A DNA stretch of 55,445 nt, counting the filler, from Sphacelaria rigidula (Eukaryota): the NCBI GenBank assembly GCA_964200075.2. It is 5 parts of 5 records of this genome, joined end to end, with 100 filler letters (N's around TTAATTAATTAA, not from the genome) between each part and the next. Parts side by side here need not be neighbours in the genome. Positions count along the whole stretch, not along the records: positions 1 to 11,010 come from CAXNAA020005540.1; positions 11,111 to 22,120 come from CAXNAA020005541.1; 3 more parts are not named here. The stretch is one strand, 5' to 3'. The translations under genes and the position numbers were made by a program. Shown here in pieces: positions 1-13,862 of the stretch (its first letter is position 1; each line of letters begins with the position of its first letter). The notes under the pieces were generated by a model, which did not search any database, was not told the DNA's origin, and was given only the letters and a program-made list of their open reading frames with translations.

Positions 1-589
1 ATCTATTCATCTGCCTCAAGTTTTGGATGAAAAACGTTCTATTCACACCTGCAGATGCTGTGAAAGGATCTGATTTCTTGGTCTTCTGATTGATGCTGCT
101 GAGACGACCTTGAAGTGACGTCCCCTTCCTCGTGCTGACTTTTGTAATCTCGAATCGAAGGCCGATGACTTGAAGGACTACGTGGTCGCGAATCGGAGGC
201 TCAAAACCTGTTGGGAATATTTGGTGGCTCGTGGCGTTTGGTACTGTTCTCGAAATAGACCGACTACCGTCGCAGAGATAGTAGGTTAGCAGAGGTTGCA
301 CAGTCGTAGTCAAACCACTTGCTTCTGCAGCAGATAGAAAATCCAGAGACAAACATGGTGTTTGGGGCTCTTCACTTCGGCCGAACAAAATCAAGGTAGC
401 CTCTTTTGCAAGCAGAGTGCTGAGGAAACGAAAAAGAGCTGGGTAAGCTTGGTAAGCTTGGGAGTGATTGCACGGGCGATAAACCACCGAATACAACCAT
501 GCTCAATCCTGGAAGAAGAGTCCAACACTCTACACGTACGTGAGGTCTAATCGTTTCACTCAATTTAATCTCGCTATTGCTAACGCGGT

Positions 590-667
590 GGGGGGGGGGG
601 GAGCGCACTCACTTGTTGCTTGCCTTCGCCGGTTGGTCATTGAGCACGCAGCCCTATAGAGACGGAG
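590..667 (-). mobile_element. Short 5'-truncated copy of LINE family A, in tandem with the 672-1066 copy
   Basis: Diverged match to the family A terminal ~70 nt, followed by a C-run (G-run 590-601 on plus). Confidence 0.75.
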
Positions 668-671
668 TTTT

Positions 672-1066
672 GGGGGGGGAGGGGGCGTACTCATGTGTTG
701 CTCGCCTTCGTCGTTTGACCATTGACCACGCATCCCTTTCGAGACGGAGCACCGTTTCTACTCCTAATAGAGACACCTTCAACATTCCGGCGCTCATGAC
801 GTTTTTTCCACACATCCCACAAAATCATTTTACATATCTTATCCCCGTCCTCTTTTGCCGTCTGTGGCCACCATCTATCTTCTGGTATAACCATCGTTTA
901 CTCGCTACTGTCTAATGCATCAAACGATTTCATGTCACCTTCGTTCACGCATTTTCCCTCTTTAGCACGTCCCGTTCCTCCTTGTATAGTTCACATTCTG
1001 CGACTGACTAAATGAAATCTGCTCTCTATTGCTTTGCCACCGAGGCAGTTCTGTCCATCTACTTCC
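672..1066 (-). mobile_element. 3' fragment of LINE family A (CCHC zinc-knuckle C-terminus, oligo(C) tail)
   Basis: Homologous to 19513-20039. Encodes ..QNCLGGKAIESRFH.. and ends ..GVSIRSRNGAPSRKGCVVNGQTTKASNT-stop, then GTACG and a C-run. Confidence 0.8.
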
Positions 1067-4000
1067 TGAGTCTTGGGGACGGGGGCCTTCATGGAAAGAC
1101 TCTTTGATGACGGCTCAAGGTCGACCTTGTTCTTCTCAGTGCTTCTAGTACCAACATTCCTTCGAACGGAATAAGAATGACTGTCCACGGTGTTCAACGT
1201 TTCCCCCTTTGCTAGATTCCGACAGTGAAGACCTGGACGTGTTTCGCAACCACAGTACTCTAGCTTGTGCTTACCTTACCGTGGGTTTGGTTCATCGGTG
1301 AACCCAAGCAAAATAACAAAACCACAACATAGTATCACACGTTACGGAAACGAATTTGTTCTGATATTGTGGAATCATGAGTACGGACGTCTCGCAAGGC
1401 AACTCTCACCCAAGGGCGCGTCCTATGGCGATGTCATACAGTACAAGCAGCAGTCCAGTATCGTGACAGTCAGATTAGTGGCTCGTACTTCAATCATACA
1501 TAAAAATTCGGGATTTCGGATCGACAGCGGATTGCTGCTACCACAGCCACATCTACCGAATGCCCTGTAGCTACTGGTACTGGCGACTGGGGCGAAGTGA
1601 AACAAAGTGATGAAACAAGGCAGGCATAGTTGACGGTGACGGATGCTACGATAGGGGAGGGGGGTATTTGCTTCAACGAAAAGGGGGTCCATGGATGCTG
1701 CATGCAACACCACTCCCAATTACCCTATGATACAGTCATCCTATGACAGGGGGCGAGTATTGTGGGTCTCTTCTTGCATGAAGAATACACTTCAAACCCA
1801 CTGTTGCAAGCAGCAAATTTCGCTCTTACGCTCTTGATATCAAAATCACACGCGTGTTTACAAGGGTTGACATCACTGTTACCCACCTACAAGGATGACG
1901 AGTGGCCGACGTCGTATCATCAGTGCACACTCATGAACCAAGGTGAGGACGCTTCCCGGCACCACCTTCCGATCATGTGTTACGGACTCTTCCTGCCTTG
2001 TCCGCGCGCTCAATCGTGAACTGGTTGGCAGCAACCGCCATCATTACTGTCAGGAATAGACTCTATTGATAGGCCCAAGTGACCAATGATGTATCATTTT
2101 GATCGCGGGGCTATACCACAAGTATTTTTCCCAGCGGAACAAAATGCAACAGGAAGAGATATGCGCAGGTAACTGGTTGTTGGTGGCGGCGACAATTTCC
2201 TCAACCACGTCCGACTTTCAACAAAACCCAACCGAACTGATGAGTGCTCATTCAGTGCGCCTCCCATACTTATGCGAAGCAAGTAGATGTCAACAGAAGG
2301 ACTTGCTGACATCCACACTTTCCCTGCAATTTCTCACGCCATGCGAACGGTGCCTTGCGTGCGATGAGAACGCGCTCAACGTCGCGCCCCGAGTTCGTGT
2401 CAGGGTTGGCGCGGATCAAAGCCGCCGAGCCGCACGGCAGGCACTTTGTCATACGCGCAACTAGGCTGTTCATGTCTAGCTACCAGTCCGTATTAGGGTC
2501 GTCGTCGGACGCCGGTCACGATGACTCCGCTAGTGGCGGTATGATGCCTTCGCGACATTGGGAGCATTTCTCGGATCTACCGTCGGGACAGCTACTGCAC
2601 CTGCACGGGTAAAATGCGGATGAGCGAAGCGAAGCTGTGGAGTTACCACGACCTATTCCGCCGGAATGCACGGCCTATTGTCCCGGAAGAAATAAACGTG
2701 TCAAGCAAATTACTGGGAGCTCTGCTGCCCGCAAATAGCCGCAGTAGTAGTAGTGGTTGTAAAGTGGGGTGTGAGTGAGGAGGGAAGTTTCCGCTGCCGT
2801 CCCACAGGAGAGTTGCGGATCAAATTTCACTCGAGAAGAAGGCGGCATGCAAATTCCTTACTCAGAATCCCACTGCACTAAGCGAAGCCTTCGCTATGGA
2901 GTTGACGCGCGCACGCGGTAGTTGCTGTTTCTGCCATCAGGTGGGGTCTGGCTCGCAGAATTAATAAATTATGTCATCACCGCGAAAATGAACAAGCGCG
3001 TATATCCAACCGAAGATCAGCGAAAAACATGCGTGGAAATCGCCCAACACGCTGTCCTCACTGCAAAGGTCACGTACGTACGACGGGAGAAAGTGAAAAC
3101 ACCTACAGGATACACTACCCCTAATCAGCGACCAGCGGCGTAACAGTGTTGACACCTCACTGACAACAGAGAAGGCTCACAACACCGTCCCACCACAACA
3201 AGAACAGATATCACCGGGGGGAATCCTTACTCGTAGCGCGAAATCACCATTATACCAACGTTCTTCAGCGGACGCACGATAAGCCCCTTGACGACAAAGG
3301 CTTTGGGATCTTCGCGGCAGGGACAGTCGCATAGTAAAATATCCAATAATGCACACCTTGGTATACTCCGTGGACTCAAGTGGACTGCTTCGCGGCCTAA
3401 GAACGGTGAAGACGGAAGAACTTACTTCCGGCACATCGTCTACCTCACAGGCAGACCAGAACTACACACGAGGACACCTCAATGTTCGAGATGCTGCACG
3501 TACGCGCACCAAGCATGGTGTGGCCGTATGGGCACTAAAGAATCATTGATGTGCTCAATAGAAGGCACGCGCCGCTTTGCAAATTGGCCCTAGAAGTACT
3601 GCTCCCTCGCCCTGGACCCGGTCTCTGCCTTACACGGCGTATGAGATATCGTGAATCCCATTCAATAAGCGTACGCTTGTGTTTGTATACATGCGAAACA
3701 GCGTCCTGAGTGGGCGAAACACTCAAGTGAAGCCCACCATTACGCGTCCTGCGCAAGAAATTTCGCTTCACCTTTCGTATGCGAGATGGCGACGTTCTGA
3801 CGCGGGCACCGGTATGAGGTAGCCAGGCGTATGTCGACGGCAACGACGGTCATGTTCCTAGTAGGGAGCACAAGGACGAAATTTTGATGGTACAGTTCGT
3901 GCCACCACCGCTAGACGCCGAGTACACGGTGGTGACGATAATCAACGACCTTGGGGGTGGTCATAGCGTATATGCAAATCATTCCAACTACATGCTTACA

Positions 4001-4521
4001 TACAAATAACAGAATGCCTTGCCGCAGATGCAAGTTTTGACGACACCTGCCGATACAGATGCTGTGCAGTTTCTAGCATCAACCGTACCTCTTGTGTCCT
4101 GCACCTCTCCGGGCGCATGCATTCCATGTGGTTGTCGGGGCGGACGGCCTCGATTCGAAGGGCATTTGCAGTCGTGATTTCTCTTGGTCTTGCTTTGCGA
4201 CGGGTGAGTTTGTCTGTGCATGCTATCAACGCTGAAGGAAATGGTGTCTCCGCAGCTGCGCTCGCGGTGTTGCCCTCAATTGCCGATCGTGGTCAACGCA
4301 CACGCCAAGGGAAAAGCAGCGGAAGGGCTTCGGCATGTTGCAGCACGGCGGCATCACAATCTATCTTCTTCCTGTCTGCATGGGTCGCAAGAGATACTCA
4401 CACGACAAAATATGGGTGTGGATACCGTTCATAGGCTAACGGAAACCTTCTTACATCCGAGGTAGGCCTGGAATTTGGTGCGCAGGCGGGTCGACCGACA
4501 CGGACTGAGCTTCTGTTTTCT

Positions 4522-4628
4522 GGGGGGGATGGTGTGTTCATGATCTTGCATGCTATAATATATCTGACCAATGACCTCTCATCCCTACGAAGCCGGGACG
4601 GAGCACGCCGGGTTTTCGCCGGACCAGG
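4522..4628 (-). mobile_element. SINE-like family B copy (oligo(C) tail)
   Basis: Matches 34348-34465 and 43227-43334; starts CCTGGTCCGGCGAAAACCCGG and ends ATGAACACACCATCCCCCCC. Confidence 0.75.
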
Positions 4629-4645
4629 TGCTGTGAGGGAGGGTC

Positions 4646-4720
4646 GGGGGGGGGGTTCTCATTTGTTGCTTGCCTTGGTCGTTTGACCATTGACCACGCA
4701 TCCCTTTCGAGACGGAGCAT
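4646..4720 (-). mobile_element. Short copy of LINE family A flanked by G-runs
   Basis: Terminal ~65 nt of family A with G-runs at 4646-4655 and 4721-4728. Confidence 0.8.
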
Positions 4721-7700
4721 GGGGGGGGACAGCGAAAGGACGGAGAGGGGGATATGTCACTGTGTGTTACTCGCAGGAGCGATGGGTCACCCGAAGACAG
4801 AGCCTCGCGGATCTGGCTCTCGCAAGCGGCGGCAACTTCGTCCGAAATTCCTTTGCTCAGGGATCGCGTCACAAAAGAGGAATTGACGGCGTTTGCGACT
4901 GGCATATCGACTCATCAGGTAGCACTCCTCAGCGTGGTTTGTGGCGTGGCTCTCTTCTCACTGCATACATTCATGATGTCATCGCTTCACTTAATAATGA
5001 TTTCACGAAGTGGATTGTGTCTTTCCAAAAATACAGTATATGGTTGCATGAACAACGGCTTTCCGGAGCGGCTCATCTCTCGCTGTCTCCTGCACCTTTC
5101 CACATAAAACCCACTTTAAACGTTCTGGTTGGACTCGAGTCGTTTTACAAAGCGGCCGTGGGCAACAAAAGTGTGTACAAACGACTGCGTGTATGGTTGT
5201 ACGTAGCGGTGCAGTCATTTCGAAAAGTGGCTCATTCAGGCTAATCTCCGGTGGGTACGGATATTTCGATGAAAGAGCGGCTTTCTGGAGCGGCTCATCT
5301 CTCGCTTGGTTCTCCTGAGATCGAGTTCATAGCATCTCAAACGCCTCAGCTAAACTCGACCCGTTGTGTACGTCGCAGTACAGCCGTTTTGCAGAGTGGC
5401 CAAATACCCTCATCTGAAGGCTGTCAATCGCCTGCCTTCTGATATGGTGCGAGAACTGGGTAATTGCCTTGACACTAGAGCCAAATGGTTGTTGACTGCA
5501 CATCGCATTCAAGAAATTCGAACCCTGTACTGAATGAAAGTGATATGCTGAGAAGGGATAACGCATACCACGTCATCATTGAACCGACGGTGTATTGCAG
5601 AGGTCATAGTCCAACGATGGATACCATCGATATAATCTAAATACTGTAACAGTGACCTCGCTCATTCGCGTTTTTTCGGTGCCAGCGTTGAGCAGCTCTG
5701 GATTATTGACGGAGAGTCGATAAGTACTCACTCACCATAGTGAAACCAAGACGTTGTTGGCCACACCGAAACCAAGTACTCATTGACCTCACTGGAAGCA
5801 AGTAGGTACTGACTACACTGCAACTGACTATGTTTGACCACACCGAACCCAAGTGACTTAATCCCACACTACGCTCGAGTTTTATCATGGGCGTGAATGT
5901 AGTGTGCATTTAAATGCCATGATCCAACCGTGATGCTGGTGATTTGCAAAATGAATTAAACTGTTATCGGAGCACATATCCCTTATGAACACAGGGCGAC
6001 TGAAACTCCTCGGTCACATGATACTCAGGCGCAGCCGATATCTGGGTGGTGACGACGTTGTTCAGTTTGCATTCTGATGAAGAAACGGGCGAATGAAGTC
6101 TTTCACCTACAGGCTCGTTCACGCTTATCATTCGAAATCACCCATCCGCTGTACTTGACTCCGTTTATGTGGGATGAGACTCTGAAAAATTGCACACATA
6201 CACATATATCATGGGTTATCGCGAATTTTTCGAAAAGTGGGATCTTCAGATTTTCCATTTTCCCACCGGTTATAGGAGGTCTCAGGTTTCTGGCGGATCA
6301 CATATCCTTCTGGGAACCCCGCTAACCGGCAAGGAAAGAAATCGAAGACACTAATGTTTTAGAGTTATGCAATGACCCATAGTACGAGTGTGTACCGTTG
6401 CAGTCTTCCTCCAAAAAAATTCAAGTTTTTTGCTTCGGCGCGATCAACTGAAATTATAAGGTGGAAACTCCCAAAGCACTTGACTGCATTATCGCAATGA
6501 CTTTTTGGGTACATTTCTCGTGGAAACAACCTCTTTGCATCAGCATTTCGAGTTACGCAACGCAACTCTACAAACATTCCTTCTTTACCCCGGGATGCGT
6601 ACGTTTCGAATTTCTAGTTTCGCGGCATGAAGTGTCGGCCCCCAAGGGTTTTCAATGCCGGTAGAGAGCGGAGGAAGTTTGAAATATTCTAGAAGATTTT
6701 TTTTTCATTTAGAACTGCAAGATTGAGGGCGGTGTGAGCTTTCATACAACAGATACGAGGGAAACCGTCGGGAGGGTTCCTGGTTCTCGCGTACATATCA
6801 TCAATGGAGATCCGACGACGCCAAAATCCCACATCACCCGAATTACCACGATTTGGGCATAATTCGTTCCTACAGTCGTTACCGCTTTCATGTATGTTTC
6901 GAAGTGATGGCACGATAGGGGGGCGAGTTTGACTTCGCGAAAAACAGGGGCTCACGGGTGTGTCAGACGATATAAACACCTGCGGTACGTTTGTATTTGG
7001 GTGAAAACGGTGTCAAGTAACACGGATAAATGTGCCTTCTTGGTAACAAGCACATTCGAACAAAGGTTACTGCTTTCGACCAACGGTTTGAGGTGGAATT
7101 TCGTGGAAGGAATGCCCCAGAATCCCCCCCCTCCCCCTATCGTAGCATAATTCTTCATTCATTGGATTGCCGAGCGAATGGCTGATACTATGACTTGAAG
7201 TCTGGGGAGATTGAGTAAAACTTGTGTTAGGGGTTCGTTATCTCATTTCAGAACAAGTGGAAGGGCGCTGATTAGTCGGGGTGCCCTCTTGCCCCTACCA
7301 CCACCATGACAAACGACAAACATCTGGCCATGTCACTCTCCTTAGTTGCCCATGGCGGCCAGTATGGCATCGTATGTGCCACCGCTGTGTAGGTATTACG
7401 GAAGGTGTTTGCTGATCAGTCAACTTTGGGTGATGAGAGGAACTAGTTTACATATTTTTCGTGATTCTCTACAGACTCAGAAGCGGAGGCGGGAAACGTA
7501 CTGTGACTTGTGTCCTGCGGTTAGTGGAGCCCCTTTATACAGGGCATTTCGCAGTTGCCACAGCTGATAGTATTCGCTTCTTTTTGCCACAAATGTTGTG
7601 CTGAATTGTGCTCAGAGCCCATCTGAACGGGTTGAAAACACGAAAGCAAAGCAAGCGTCAAACAGCAGCATGTGGATCGGTCGCCGTGACATCAAGTGGC

Positions 7701-9665
7701 TGGATTACCAATAAACATGCTGCTATTCGATATCTGCTTTGCTTTACGCCCTTTTCCCGCCCGATCAGACACAGTGTAACAGTCTTATGCGCAAGAAACA
7801 GATCCGGTCTTTGCACCAGAGCTGCCTGCAGTTTCAGGTCACTTCGGCGCCGGCGCTGATTTGAGGAAAAACAACGCACGCTTGGCCTCGAACACTGAAA
7901 AAAATAAGCCAAGCTCACCACCAAGGTTTCACGCGTGTTGCTTTTGGTTTGTCGACGTGTGTTAATCGTGCTCGATAGGCTGTCGAGGGTAGGGGCAAAG
8001 ATCTCGGAAACCTCCGGCCGCAATCAAAGCAATACCCAACGAAAACCCGCTCGCATGGTCGGCAGCACTTGCATCCCCAGAAAGTATTCCACGCCCTACA
8101 GCTATAGAGCAAGAAACCTTCGAGTTCTATGTTTCAACTATTTGCATGCACTACTTCGCGCGCGATCACGGCTTCTGTAGTGCTGTACTCTTTAGAATGG
8201 CGAGACAATGGTGCTTTACACGCGACTAAAAGCTGATTGTACTGTACACTCTGAAGCGCACATGCACGTACGCGTCGTGCCTCCACGAAAAGTGACGGTA
8301 TACACCTTTGTGTTGTTCAATAACGCGCCCGCCGCTCGCTCTAATTGATAACAACAAAAACCGAACTGGCCATCAGAGCATGGCAGCGGCCATCGAAATG
8401 TATTACAATCGAATTACCACAGGGCATTGTACTGTTTCTTTATTAATGGCGATACCAAAAAGGAGGTTCCAACGCGCCCCATTCGTCCGCAAAAAAGACA
8501 ATCGTGAAATATTTTTGTGACCCACCAAAGGAGAGGGGGGTAAGGGTCGCGTGCCCCTGGTGTGGAGACATGTTCGGTTTCCGTGCATCTCTTTAAAGCT
8601 ATCATCACCCCCCATGGAGTGCAACACAGGTGCTGTATTTTACCGATTGTTGTAGGGCTCTCGGGTGACAGCTCATCCGTTGAAACTTTATTTCTCGGGA
8701 GCACAACCCAGAACTGCGTCATAAAGATACTAGTGGCCACATTCTCACCTATGGGATCTCGCCAACAAGATGGCTGCCCCCCTTGCCGAGAAAATTGAAC
8801 TACCGCAGTAATACATGCCTTTCACGCGCATCACCCCCAATATTTTCATCCGAGAGAATCAAGGCCGGTTTTTGGAGTTAGCCAGACTCTGAAAAATGCA
8901 CAAATATATTCAAGGTCATCACGAAACGATTCATGGACGGGCTTTCGATTTTGTTTCCTTCGCTGGTCATTGAAGGCCTCGGAGTTGTGACGGATATCGG
9001 GGGATCACACGCTTTTCTGGGACCCCTGATAACTGGCTGAAAAAAATATAAAGCTCGCCCATAAACACAGTACACGTGTGCATTGTGGGAGCCCAACTCC
9101 AAAACCCGGCGTGAGGTGTTGCGGATGCGTGCGCTGGAATGTACCGTGCACGGCATAAGACCCCAATCATGTGGTTTCAGTAGGAGACACGCCTTCTTTT
9201 CGGTATGTTTGACTCGAAACCGACCCCCTGGCATCGGTATTTTGAGTTCTAGGACAAAACCGCGTACAAATGCTCCTTGGAATCCCCCAGGATGCGTACA
9301 TTTTTTATTTTTGGCTTTGATGCAATCCGTACCGGCTGTCGGGAGTCTCCACGCCTGGAACCCCGCCCCGGAAGGGAGTAATGAGCGCAGAGATAAGGAA
9401 GTTGTATTTCGACAATACATGGTTCCATTTGGAACACCGATACTTACCGAACCGCCACGTGTGAGGGTGGCCTGAGCTTCGCCACGAAAGATGTAAAGGA
9501 AAACAACAGGAGGCCTTCTGGGTCGTGCATATCATCACTGGAAATCTCACGACGCCAAAACCCCCAATCACCCGAATACCGTCTGGGTAGTACTCGATCC
9601 CATGGTTACCGTCTTCACATCTCTTTTCCTCCCCTAGATTCCCAAGGTGGTGGTTACTACGATCT

Positions 9666-10543
9666 CAGACCCACTTTCATGGCAGGCACGAATCTCGATT
9701 TGTTATAGCATGGGGGTAAAAAATCGGGGAAAGCATTTCACGGACACGGATTTGGACCTAATCGGGGGCGAAAATTTGGGGGAAGTCACGATCTCGGAAC
9801 GGCTCCCCCCCATTTTTCGAAAAAATCGGGGCAAATCGTTCCGAGATTGTGACTTCCCCCATTTTGTTCGAGGTGACGTACGTGCACTGACGTACAATGC
9901 TAGAGTACGAGGCGTTTGATATTTTTGCAACGGCAGGAGCAGATAGTCTTGTGACAGCACAGAGTGTGTCTACTGCCCGCCCCAGCTGCTGAAGCAACTT
10001 TGCACGTGGTTTGACAAGCGGATAATAAGAGGTCACGCCGTACCCTGCGGCGATGGTAATATTTTATGTTGCGCTGTGCCGCCATATGTATCACTATAAC
10101 GAACACTACTGTACTCTCCTAGCTGTTGTCGCTGTACTTGAGGGGGAATGTACGGCACTGCACTACTGAACTCTGCTCGCGCACTGTTTGTCCTCTGATT
10201 TCACAATACCGGCTGTGCCCTCATGTACGACCACATGGCATTATCATGTACTGTACTGATGCAGTGTCCTGTATTACCCTAGGGTACCAAGGTATGACAC
10301 TGTATTCGAAGGATTATTTACCGCCTGCCTGCTCTTCGGCTTCATGCACGAGTACTACGCAGTACCACACTCATGCAGAAAGATACCTCTTATGTACAGA
10401 ACCGTTTGCCAAATGTGTGACACTGCACTGTCTGTACCGGAAAACGGTCACCCCGATTTTGAGTCCACGAATATGAGTCCTCCGATATTTCCAAAATCGA
10501 AGTCCGAAAAATATCGAGATTCGTTGCCATAAAAGTGGGTCTC
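9666..10543. mobile_element. Non-autonomous TIR element
   Basis: Inverted termini AGACCCACTTTCATGGCA..CGAATCTCGAT / ATCGAGATTCG.TGCCATAAAAGTGGGTCT and subterminal AAATCGGGG repeats; the TSD is not clean. Confidence 0.65.
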
Positions 10544-11010
10544 AATCAGGTCAGGGTTGCGTAAACATAAGGTTGGCAATTCGTAAAGTAATGCCAGTTC
10601 AATTCGAACGCCGCTGGTTGGTCGAGGTACCTTTCCGCCCTGGGCACAACTATTATGGCCTCAAACAAAAAGCCGGCTGTCACCCTCTTCAGTAGCCCAT
10701 GGTAGTCAGCGTAATACCATGTACACGATCATGAGTGCGTACTGCGGAAGCCATCTGCCGATGGCAAATTTTGGGCTAATGTGCGACCGACGATTCTTTC
10801 CTTTTTTTTTTTCCTTTTCTTTTGTTTTGGGGGGGGGTGTTGTGTACAGGCTGGTCCGCCTTAGAAGCTCACTTTTCTTCAGCCCGTTCTAACTGACGAC
10901 GTATCGCGAGTTGTGCCTACTATGACCCATCGTGGTAATCGGCGAATCAGCGCGTGTCTTCAAATCCATGTAGCACTGCGATCCGACAAGGTCTAATAAA
11001 ACGAAAAACC

Positions 11011-11110
11011 NNNNNNNNNNNNNNNNNNNNNNNNNNNNNNNNNNNNNNNNNNNNTTAATTAATTAANNNNNNNNNNNNNNNNNNNNNNNNNNNNNNNNNN
11101 NNNNNNNNNN
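11011..11110. other. Artificial scaffold linker N44-TTAATTAATTAA-N44
   Basis: Identical 100-bp spacer with stops in all six frames. Confidence 0.97.
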
Positions 11111-11352
11111 CGCCTCAACTAGTAGAGTAAGTCATTCCAAAGTGTCAAACTCCGCCTAGCTCTCTTTTGGGGCATAAAACGACGTAAAAGCTCCAAAAAG
11201 ACACTTGTCCACATTTTTATTCTTGTCGAATATGAGAAGCGGCCTAATAAGTAGATAATTGCATTTTCAACGAGGAAATCGGAACGGGGTGATCTTATCG
11301 CTTCGGGTGCTACTTCAGAAAGGAAACGTGGCGCGGTCCACCAAGGATTTAC

Positions 11353-13862
11353 CTGGCCTTGACGAACGCGTCACCTTCGCCGGTGAGTCGTTGCAACACG
11401 AATCCCTCTCCGCCGAAGAATCCCGCCATCATCTTTGTGAATTCCGTCTGCATGAGTCATGATTAACACGCCGCGAGAGAGAACAAAAGAGAAAAGGTCA
11501 AGGAGAAAAAAAAACACGCAGTATTATCGTGTCAACAATCCATCTCTGTTGCGAAGAAAGGATTGCTACTGTTGTATGGAGGACAACGAGAGCTATCGGA
11601 AAATTTCACGACAACGTTTCATGAGACTTCTCCATAGCGGGGACAATGTAGGTCACGAAGGCAAAGCGCCTGAACAACTTTCTCGGGGTGAACGCATGAG
11701 CGGTCGCCATCCTGTGGGTCACCCCGAGCGTGACCAATGACACAGGAGTCGGGCGCCTATGCCCCCTTATCAGCACCCTGACACCGTACTAGACCCAGCA
11801 AGCATTTGGAAACTGACAGCGGCGTGGCAACTTTCTCACTCAGTCGTCCAACCATGGAAGCGATTAGTCCTGCACCGTTTCACAATCACCACGAAAAGCG
11901 CTGTCTTCGTGCAGCGACCGGGCTTCCCCGTTGTGTAATACGAATTATAAAACGCCGCGGCCTGAGTTTGGTGTCGGCTGAGGGACGTCGAGCTTGCCCC
12001 ACGCTTCACCCAGCTTCCATAGGGACACTTATTTTGTCCCTGAGGATACACACCGTTGTTCACTGACCCCACAAACCGTGCGCTGTAGATATAATTCACC
12101 CGAGCATCGTCATCTCAATCTTGGTCAGCCGACCACACCGAGCCCTTCTACACGGATCCAGCACTCTGTAAGGGGTGTTGTGTTGAGACAGTGAAACGGG
12201 GCTTGGGCTGTCAACCGAGCTACTCTCGCGGCGCTCATGTCGCTGGCTAGTGGACCTAGAGCCGATCGTGGATGCTTTTATTCTTAGCAAACACGACGGA
12301 CGACGTTTTGGTCCATCGACCACAAAAGGAACAGGGACAAATGCGTCTAGACTTGCCCACGACATCGTACCTGTATGTCGATGGTGTGACTGCCCGCGAG
12401 AAAAGCTCCTCGCTGACAGATGACGGACCCTCCATAGTCGGCAAGGGGTAGCCGGATAATCTTGCTTGGAACGTCCGTGCCGAGCCCGACCTTGCCGGTC
12501 TTATCGCCGCGGTTGATGTAGTCCGTCACGAACATGTTTTGTCCCGTTATCACCCTGGTCGAGTGCCATCACATTCGTTGCATGCAAAACGTCAGCGGCC
12601 CTGTTCAACAACACAAGCGAAACATGAGCTCACACACCAAGCATGGCAACATTAAAAACAGTGGGACGCTTTGATTATCAGTATTTTACCGATTATACCC
12701 AGCCAAACCCACTAGGCACTGACTGAGAGATACGTGAGTCTGGCGGTCAGTTTTCAACTGAACATTATTCTGTTATATGACGGATGATGAGGCACACCTG
12801 GGTGATAAAAAGGGCTAACCTCACTTTTCGCACGGTATGACATTCTCGGTACATTGGGAAGTTTTTACCTTCTGAACATGCTGCTCGCACCTCCGCCCGT
12901 GTTGGTGTCCATTTCAATGCCGTCCTCCATGAAGACCAAGTTGCCCGCTTCGGCCTGAAAACAGATGCGCAGAAATGGGACGAAAAATATGAGTTGAGCC
13001 AAAACTTGCGGCTGGAGATTGATTGTATTCCCGAAGTCTTGCCGCAGTCTACTTTCCGAACGTGAGCAGCTGCCCACAAGACCCTATGAGATTCCAAAGG
13101 GCCACTTCGGCCACTTCAGAGTAGCATCCGCGTAGATGCAGTATCATCTCTTCGGTACAGTACAGTACCACAGAGAGAGCCCCATGGGCGACGGTCAGTT
13201 GTCCCGCAATAAACCCGCTCCCCGTGACTCAGCTAACAGACCAAGACAGGAAGACTGCTAAACTGGTTCAACGGACGGTACTTCTGTTGTGTTGCAGTAG
13301 GTACCGGACAAACTACAGGGGCAACGTGTACAACTTATAGGCAAACATCCGGATAGATCTCTATCAATGATACTCCCCCCACTGAGGATGGTGTACCATG
13401 TCATGCGAGTCTCACAACACCCCGGCGGCATGTCTCGATCTAGAACAAAGGATCAAACCCCCGCACTTTCCTCACCCGGATGACCTGACCAGGATCCAAC
13501 TCGAAGGTGACCATCTGAGATTCCTGCCCGTCCACCTTAGAGGCCACATCAAAATCGAGGGGTTTTGCCAGTGACAGATGGTCCTCCTGCTGACCGGTCA
13601 CGCCTGATTGTGTCGCCCCGCTGACGACATCGGTACTATTTGTAGATCGCGGCTGCGCACTACTCTTGTGTCGTGCTACTTTAGAAGGAGGGACCGGTAC
13701 TTGAGTTCTTGGAATGCCGCGTGAGACCGAGGTCGCTTTTTGCTGGTGATTGCTCGTCAGCAAGATGTCACGGTGGTAAAGGGCGCGAAATGTGGATTGC
13801 GACCGGCGCTGCTGCAAGGAGAGCAGTAGATGTCTTGCGAGAGAAATGCTTCTACTCGACAT
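11353..13862 (-). CDS. AIM24: AIM24-family (altered inheritance of mitochondria 24 / DUF124) protein, multi-exon, 3'-partial (runs off scaffold)
   Basis: Exons 13862-13476, 12954-12869, 12554-12371 and 11447-11353 have GT/AG boundaries with compatible phases (0,2,0,2). The spliced protein reads ...[62 protein letters not shown]...ICQRGAFLA...[35 protein letters not shown], matching AIM24 motifs. The R/S/L-rich, acid-poor N-terminus resembles a mitochondrial transit peptide. Confidence 0.92.

Noticed and set aside
1-380. Minus-strand open frame running off the window start
   Set aside because: No recognisable domain or reliable start or splice signals; cannot be supported as a gene.
11055-11066. 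TTAATTAATTAA recurring at ~11.1-kb intervals as a biological motif
   Set aside because: Always centred in an N-padded 100-bp spacer; it is an artificial six-frame-stop linker.
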